Positions 57,662 through 64,000 of a stretch of 64,000 nt of DNA are shown piece by piece. Position 1 is the first letter of the stretch. Each line of letters starts with the position of its first letter. Origin of the DNA: Pelomyxa schiedti (lineage: Eukaryota > Protista > Evosea); NCBI GenBank assembly GCA_020536535.1, contig JAHLWZ010000795.1:1-64000 (forward strand), in the 5' to 3' direction. The translations under genes and the position numbers were made by a program. Under the pieces are notes generated by a model. That model did not search any database. It was not told the origin of the DNA and saw only the letters and a list, made by a program, of their open reading frames with translations.

Positions 57662-59368
57662 TTAAGCGTAGAACTGAGCTACAAAGGCTACAGAGTCTGA
57701 ATTGGGTGATATGGCCGACTTGAGTTCCTCAATGGTGCAGAAGGTGGGCCACTCAAATGCCATGGTTGACGATGGCGCTTCTTGGTTGATTGTCATCTCA
57801 CACCGTTTCAGGGCTCTTTCTCTCGAGGGTGAAAGGAGTGACAGAGCGGCCTTCAGAACCAGTGGGAATCTCAAGTCCTCATGCGATTTGATTTGAATGT
57901 CCAGGTTGCACAGCTCCAGTGCAAGCAAAACATTGCCATCTTTGTGTGACAGAATGAACCTGAAGGGGTACCCATGCTCATGGGTGTGAAGCATGTGGCT
58001 TCTGACATTTGCGGATCCCCTTCCAGCTAATTTCTGAGCATTACGTACAATCCAAGTGATGCCAGAAGCTCTTGATACCTGCTCTGTCAGTAGCGCTATA
58101 GTTCGCTGTTGCTCATTCACACACTTCACAAGGCAAGAGAAATGGAATTGCTGTGACGACGCAAGGTGCTCGGCATGAAGCTTGCGCTTTGCGGTGAAAG
58201 TACATCCAGTAACTTCACATTGAACAGTTGTTTCAGGGCAGTCATCTCTGACGTGCTTTTCCATTGTACTTCTAGGGGAACTTACTCCGCATCCACTTGG
58301 GCACGTGAGAGGAAGTAATGGGCAAACGGAACGGTGCTCTTCAAGCTTCCCGGATTCTATTTCAGTAACACCACAGGATAATGGGCAAGGAACAAGCTGA
58401 TGTGGGCATGCTTTCTGGTGATCACGCATACTTTCTCTTGGGAGTGTTGCGTCACAACCTTTAAATGTGCACGCAATAGGTTCCTTTGGACATATTCTAC
58501 GGTGGGTAGCAAGTGCTTCAAGACTAAATACGGCAGGGCAGCCCTTTGGACATTTCAATTGTAGTCTGCAGTTACTAAGAGCGAAACAAAAGCAGTGGGA
58601 TTTCTTACTTGTTGTAGGAATTTAAGACGATCCTAGGAAGTGGCTTCATTGTCTTTCGGGTTATACTCTTCCTGCAGGTTGGGCAAGCGCTCCTCCCTGA
58701 TCTCAACATGCTATCAATGCAAGAGCGGCAATACACAGTAGCCTGCAAGAAATAGAAGGTTAAAACCCCAAAGATAGCCGCACCACCAAAAACAGACCCA
58801 CAAGCAAGCACAAGCAATCCCACAAGCACAGACACAAAGCCAAAACCTCGTCGTTCTCAGCGTGATACACGGGGTCCGTGGCCAACCTCAAGCACACAGG
58901 GCACAAGAACTTTTCCCTCTCAGCCTGGTCAACAAACAGCTCCAAGTCCGGCACCCTCGCCTCTCCCTCTCCCTCTCCCCCGCTCCCGGACCCGCCCCCG
59001 CCCCCGCCCCCGCCCCCGGCCCCCTTCTCCTTCCCCCCTTGCCGCTGCGTCCCCCCCTTGCCGCCCTTGCCTCCCCATCCCCATCCCCCTGCCCTCTTTG
59101 GCGCCGATGCAGCCCTCGTGTAGTCCTCGCGGTCCCCCACGACGTAGCAGTCGTCGTCGTCGCGGCCGCGCGGGGATCTCGGCATGTAGTCGTACTCGGA
59201 GGAGCCCGTGGAGGACGACGAGGAGAAGCCGTCGCGGGAGTCCTCCTCGCTGCCCCACCCCCCGCCGCGCTCCCCCTCCGAAGACGACGAAGACGACGCG
59301 TAGTGGTGCTTGTCGTGATAGTGTCGGTCTCGGTCTCGGTCTCGGTCTCTGTCGCGGTCTCGGCTCAT
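57662..59368 (-). CDS. TRAF-like protein (RING, TRAF zinc fingers, MATH-like domain) with RD/Ser/Gly-rich N-terminus
   Basis: CPVC..YCRSC..CPTC RING-like; 4-5 zf-TRAF units (CPKGC, CTFKGC, CPLSC, CPSGC, CEVTGC); coiled segment; ITWIVRN..GYPFRFIL MATH-like strands. Confidence 0.85.
59325..59363 (-). repeat. (CGGTCT)n coding microsatellite encoding RDRDRD
   Basis: Four perfect units plus degenerate units immediately after the start codon at 59368. Confidence 0.9.
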
Positions 59369-59598
59369 TGCCTATTTGTCTCAACTTGGGGTTTTGTTTT
59401 TTTCCATTTGACTTGTAGGATTTGATGAGGCCAAGCGAAAGAGTGATGAATCGGATCCCAAAAAGTAGGGTGGACTTGGACAGTTTTGGGCTCCTCAGCC
59501 TACCTCCATCCAGTTGTCGAAAACGGGAATTCATTGGGGTAAAGACAGACTTTCTTTATCATCAGTGGTATGGATTCGTAGAAGAGTACAGAATAGGC

Positions 59599-61334
59599 TT
59601 AGGTGTTGTGTTGTAAGATTTTTTCCCTGAGGAGGGGGAGCAAGTCTGGTATTTCGTCTTCACTGAAGTGCCCTTTGTTGGGTAACTCATGATACTCTGA
59701 ATTGAGGTTTTTGGCCAGGAGCCTGGCATCATCTACTGACACGACATCGTCATCTGGTTGTGAAAATGGCGGCTTAAGTTCGATTGGTAGATAAGGGGTA
59801 AATAGTATTACCGACTGAGTGAAGGTGAATTATCCAGTTGCAGTTCAACTTGATTGCACTCCAATTGAGCTCCCTGGTGGCTTTGCCTTGGGAGGCTTTT
59901 TCCTGCATTTTGCCTGTATTGCAAGGTAAAACTCTTTGAGAGAACTGAGGGCAGGTAATTTTGCTTACGCTTATCAAATTCGGTGGGACCACCTGAAACA
60001 ATCACAGCGCCAAGTACCCGCTCAGTCCTGTAAATGTAAGTTTTGCGTATTAGGAAAAAGGAAACAACTCCATAGTCGCTAGAACTGCGTCAGCACCTGA
60101 AGAGTGGCCAATGAGAATAGTATCAAGAGGATTAGATCCTATGGACCCCTTTATACATGGAATCCAGGTCCTAAAAGTAATTACTATTGGTTCGGTTCAA
60201 GATAGATCGATGCACACTTACTTAAGTTTAGCATTGTTGGGGTCTGGAAGGTCCCGCCAACATACTCCTGTGCCACTGGCCATACTTGTTTCAACACCAA
60301 ATTCTGATGCCAGCTCCCAAGCCAGCGATGCGTACCAATTTACTTTAAATGCGTGTACTGACCCAGAACACGGTGCAAATATGATCCGTTTCACCCCTCT
60401 CCTTGTTGAGATATCTGGAGCTCTGAGCAATACAAGTTCTTGCTCAACAGCTGCCCGAGAGCGGTCAAGTTGCGCTTCCATGCGAAGGAATGCCTTATCA
60501 TCCATGTTTGCAGCCTTCAATTGATGTGCAGTCGTACCTGATGTGAGTTGGAGCGCTTTGTTTCAGTAATCCAGGCTGGATCGAGGTACAAGGGATTTGA
60601 TGGAGTGTGAACAATGATTTGTGCAGTGGCAGAGTGTCCTAGAATAGTGTTGACTACACCTTGTAACACGGCATACCATTTAAGTATGCTACAGCCTCCG
60701 GTGTATTGCCACATGAGTCCAGTGCATCGCATTTTGCTCCTAAAGTGCAATGCTTTGAATTACGGAGAGGAATACTGAAAACTTGCCTTTAGAGATGAGA
60801 AGCCGCACCATCCCATTTTTTCCATTCTGAGCCGCAACGTGAAGAGGAGTGCGACCACCAGGAGTATAAATTCCCCATAACACTGAATCATCTTTCAAAA
60901 GAGTTATGGACTATAAACTCGGCAATATGGAGATACAAGTTTCCGCCTGCAAATTGGCGCCAATATTCAAAAGAGCAATCACATCTTCCTCTGTACCATT
61001 GGCAACAACTGTGTGAAGTGCCGTAAACTGGCAAAATTTAATATTCATAAGAAAGAGGAACTAGAATGACCCCAGTTTTAGGTTCTTTCCAGTCAATTTG
61101 TGCCTTGGTGGCAGCAGCTGAATCCCTGGCACACAAAGCCACTATTTCTAATTTTTGGTTGATTGTTTGACAATTGGGTACCGAAAAGCAAAACAAAGGA
61201 AAAGAAAAGAAGCAAAGCGAAAACCAACCGGCAAACCACTCTTGGTCACACATCGCCACCGAAGCAAACAAGTCAGGGGGCGTAGAAACGGGGTGCGACT
61301 GACGGTACCTCGACAAACCCTCACTCCCACTCAT
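59599..61334 (-). CDS. Ankyrin repeats fused to an RBBP9/YdeN-like alpha/beta hydrolase
   Basis: FTALHTVVANG, GRTPLHVAAQNG, GNTPEAVA (ankyrin). Then IIFAPCSG..NWY, DLPDP, ILIGHSSGADA (G-x-S-x-G), VIVSG, NWSAIK..IIHLHS, KGHF. Confidence 0.8.
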
Positions 61335-61672
61335 GTTGTGTCCTTATCTCTGGTTTTTTTTTTTGTTTTTCGTTGTAGGGTGGTTTTGTGAGGGAACCAA
61401 CTTGCTCAGTCCCCCTTGGAGTTCCAAAACGGGAAAGAATAGATAGTGAGAAGTGAAGAAGGGGTCGTTGCTTGAGACAAGTGTGGTTGTACCCTCTGTT
61501 GCTTGCACAAGTGAAGCCCGCCAGAGACTGAACCCCTTTTCTTGTGTGCTTTTAGTTTGGTGTGCAAAGGAGAGGACGAGAAATTGTCTGCATTTCTCAA
61601 GTTTCCGGGCGATTTCCTGTGTTCCCCTTTTTCTTCGCTTCACTTTTTTCCACAAAATCGAATCGTTGTCTC

Positions 61673-62932
61673 ATGGCATCCACACGCCCACGATGCGACA
61701 AGTGCGTGTACCCAATTGTTGTTGGCATATCTGGTCCCACTAGAAGTGGTACGGTGCTATTGTGGGATTGTGGTGTTTTAGTTGTGTTTTGGGTTGGTTT
61801 TGTTTTGTTTTTTTTCTTGTTTCTAGATAGTCGTTAATGATTCGGTAAGGCAAGTCGACTTTGGCCAGGTCACTTGCTACTCGCTACAAATCGAGGATTT
61901 CCGTCCCAATCATTCCTATGGACTGCTTTTTTAATGTTCTCCTCATTCCCTTTTCCCTAAACAAAGTCTGTGCAAATTATCTAGTAACTAGCTCTTCGTG
62001 GCAGGAAAATAAAATTGGCAAGGCTCACGTCAAGTCACAACTGAGGTTCCCAAACTGGGAGTGCCCCGAGGCAGTGGACATCCTTGAACTACAAGTGCAT
62101 AGCTCTTTTAATTCATATTATACAATCCGAATCATAAAAACGAAGCTTCACTTGACTCTCCTCAGTTAGAAATAGAGCACCAAGTGGCACTCTCCACGAA
62201 ACAATGTGCCGAGTGCAAAGCCCGGGGGACCCCACCGGATTCCCCTGTCACAAAGGAATCACGCCGCTGGCTGAGATACAAGGAAAACTGGGATGTGCAC
62301 AGGGCGGAGGAGCCATTGAGTGACGAGAGGCAAATCGTTCTTGTGGAAGGATTCCTATTACTCATTGACAATCCTGTAATTTATAACTTTGACAAGAAAA
62401 TTTTCCTAAGGTACATGGCCCCTTCGCCACATTATATTCACATACTCTCAATAGTGCCAATCACGGCGTTTGTCATGACCGGCGTATGTCAACAACATCT
62501 GTTCCTGAATCCTATTTTGATGCCATGATTTGGCCCAATTGTATCTAAGCTGTCCATCCATTTGCCGTCCGCTGCTAACATTACAAATATGTAGATATAA
62601 AATACAATACTCATTTGAAGAAATGGTGCCAGGATGGAATGGATCTGTGTGTTATTGATGCCACACTTTCCCCAAACGAAGTGGAACATGTTGCCGTAGA
62701 ATATATCGAAGGGCGTCACACAATTGATCACAGTGAATCACTCAAGCTTCTGGATATTTCGCAAGTAGCACACGATTTCGACCAATCCCTCCTGCAGCCT
62801 ATTGACTTCGACAGCCTTCTTCCAGTAAAAAGGAATAAGCCTTCATCCTCCAAAGCATTCTTTATGCTGGCCTCTGTGTCTTTGGTTATCCTGCTGTTTT
62901 CGTCAGTGCTTGTGGCACGAAAGTACTTATGA
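61673..62932 (+). CDS. Nicotinamide riboside kinase / uridine kinase-like P-loop kinase with C-terminal hydrophobic anchor
   Basis: IVVGISGPTRSG|KSTLA, PMDCFF, NWECPEAVD, VLVEGFLL, SYFDAMIWP; tail FFMLASVSLVILLFSSVLVARKYL*. Confidence 0.8.
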
Positions 62933-63099
62933 TGGGCTATAATAGCAATTACAATAAAGTTTTTTTCCTGAACAAAAAAGAAAACCACAATTTTTATAAC
63001 AACAAGTACAAGTGAAGGCAAAGTAAACCTCCACCTTTTCGGGATCGGCCGGAATTGTGTACATTTGTATGGTGGTGTGTGAATTATTAACTGCCGCTG

Positions 63100-64000
63100 T
63101 CAGTGTGTTGTGGTGAGGGTTGTTGAGTTGTTGTGGAGTAGTTGAGGTGAAGGTTCAGGTGCTCGACTGCCTTGACCGCTCCCTACGTTTTGGTGAGGAG
63201 CGAACAGCGCGAAGCTAGTTAACTGTAACCTGATCAATGGCATACTTCCACAGTCTCACGGCTTCTCTAATATCCTTGCAAACTCCTGTTCTTCTGTTAT
63301 GACTGAGAAAGAGTACAAGACCCTTACCATGCCCATTCTCGTAGCATATTCCCAGACGCATCAAACTTTGTCCGTGCCCCTGGTCCGCAGCTAGCGCATA
63401 CAGTTTGATTGCCTCTGTGGTATCTTTTGGTATGCCATCTCCAACTTCATGGCGTTGTGCAAGATAAAACTGTGCCCTAAAGAATATAAGAAAGCAGTGT
63501 ATAACTTGATATTGGCGTTCCTTGGGTACCCATTCTCCGCAGATAATTTGTAGAATTTAACAGCTTCTGGAATATCCTGTCCATTACATTAACAATTCAG
63601 AAAGTGAGGAGGGATTAGAAAGATGCCTTCTGTACTCCCTTACCGTTTGCGTAACACACTCCAAGGCAGCAGAGCGCGCGTGCCAGACCGCGCTCTGCTG
63701 CTAGTCGGTAAAGGCGAACTGCTTCCTCTGGGTTCTTTTTGGATATTAAACATGTGATTTGTTTGTATTCGTAATTAGACTTACATGGCTTACAGCAACT
63801 CCATTTTCATAACATACACCAAGGCAACAGAGAGCTTGGGCTAAGCCCTGATCCTCTGATGCAGCTAACATATACAATTGTACAGCTTTATTTACATTCT
63901 ACCCCCTGTGAAAAAAAAAAGGAAAAAGATACTAGAAGCACCTTTTCTACTCCACGTCCATTCTCATAACAAACGCCAAGCCAACACTGACCCTAGAAAA
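63100..64000 (-). CDS. Sel1-like repeat protein, 3' part only
   Basis: AVQLYMLAA..LCCLGVCYENG; AQFYLAQRHEVGDGIPKDTTEAIKLYALAADQGHGQSLMRLGICYENG. Confidence 0.8.

Noticed and set aside
1-64000. tRNA, rRNA, transposase or retroelement genes; bacterial contaminant origin
   Set aside because: No T-loop/cloverleaf, rRNA-like tract, RT, integrase or DDE motifs were noticed by eye. Spliceosomal introns occur throughout, including in most bacterial-type genes.

Overview
Gene-dense eukaryotic DNA. There are about 26 protein-coding genes, most split by short (about 40-100 nt) GT-AG introns, with intergenic gaps often under 100 nt. I saw no rRNA, tRNA, CRISPR array or transposase. The gene set (ROCO-like, CudA-like, many TRAF/TRIM-type zinc fingers, several bacterial-type enzymes) suggests an amoebozoan, possibly an Archamoeba such as Pelomyxa; this is inference. 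Many ORFs in the supplied track are single exons or antisense shadows. Joining exons by hand gives several unusual proteins. (1) A RavA/MoxR-type AAA+ ATPase spliced in frame to a SAM-like segment and a bacterial-type caspase-like domain lacking the catalytic Cys (38068-41255, -). (2) A ~2,390-aa protein with a long beta-rich region followed by about 30 TRAF-type Zn fingers (43175-50491, -). It sits head-to-head with a truncated paralogue whose frameshift may be rescued by a new intron. (3) A Kelch-F-box-Ras-CAAX fusion. (4) A TRIM-like protein ending in an olfactomedin domain. (5) A possibly myristoylated carboxylic-acid-reductase (A-T-R) enzyme. (6) A ROCO protein whose catalytic modules all look degenerate. 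There is also an 82-bp near-perfect palindrome over a predicted splice donor. All gene models and family calls come from reading motifs by eye; no searches or RNA data were used, so exon boundaries are predictions.
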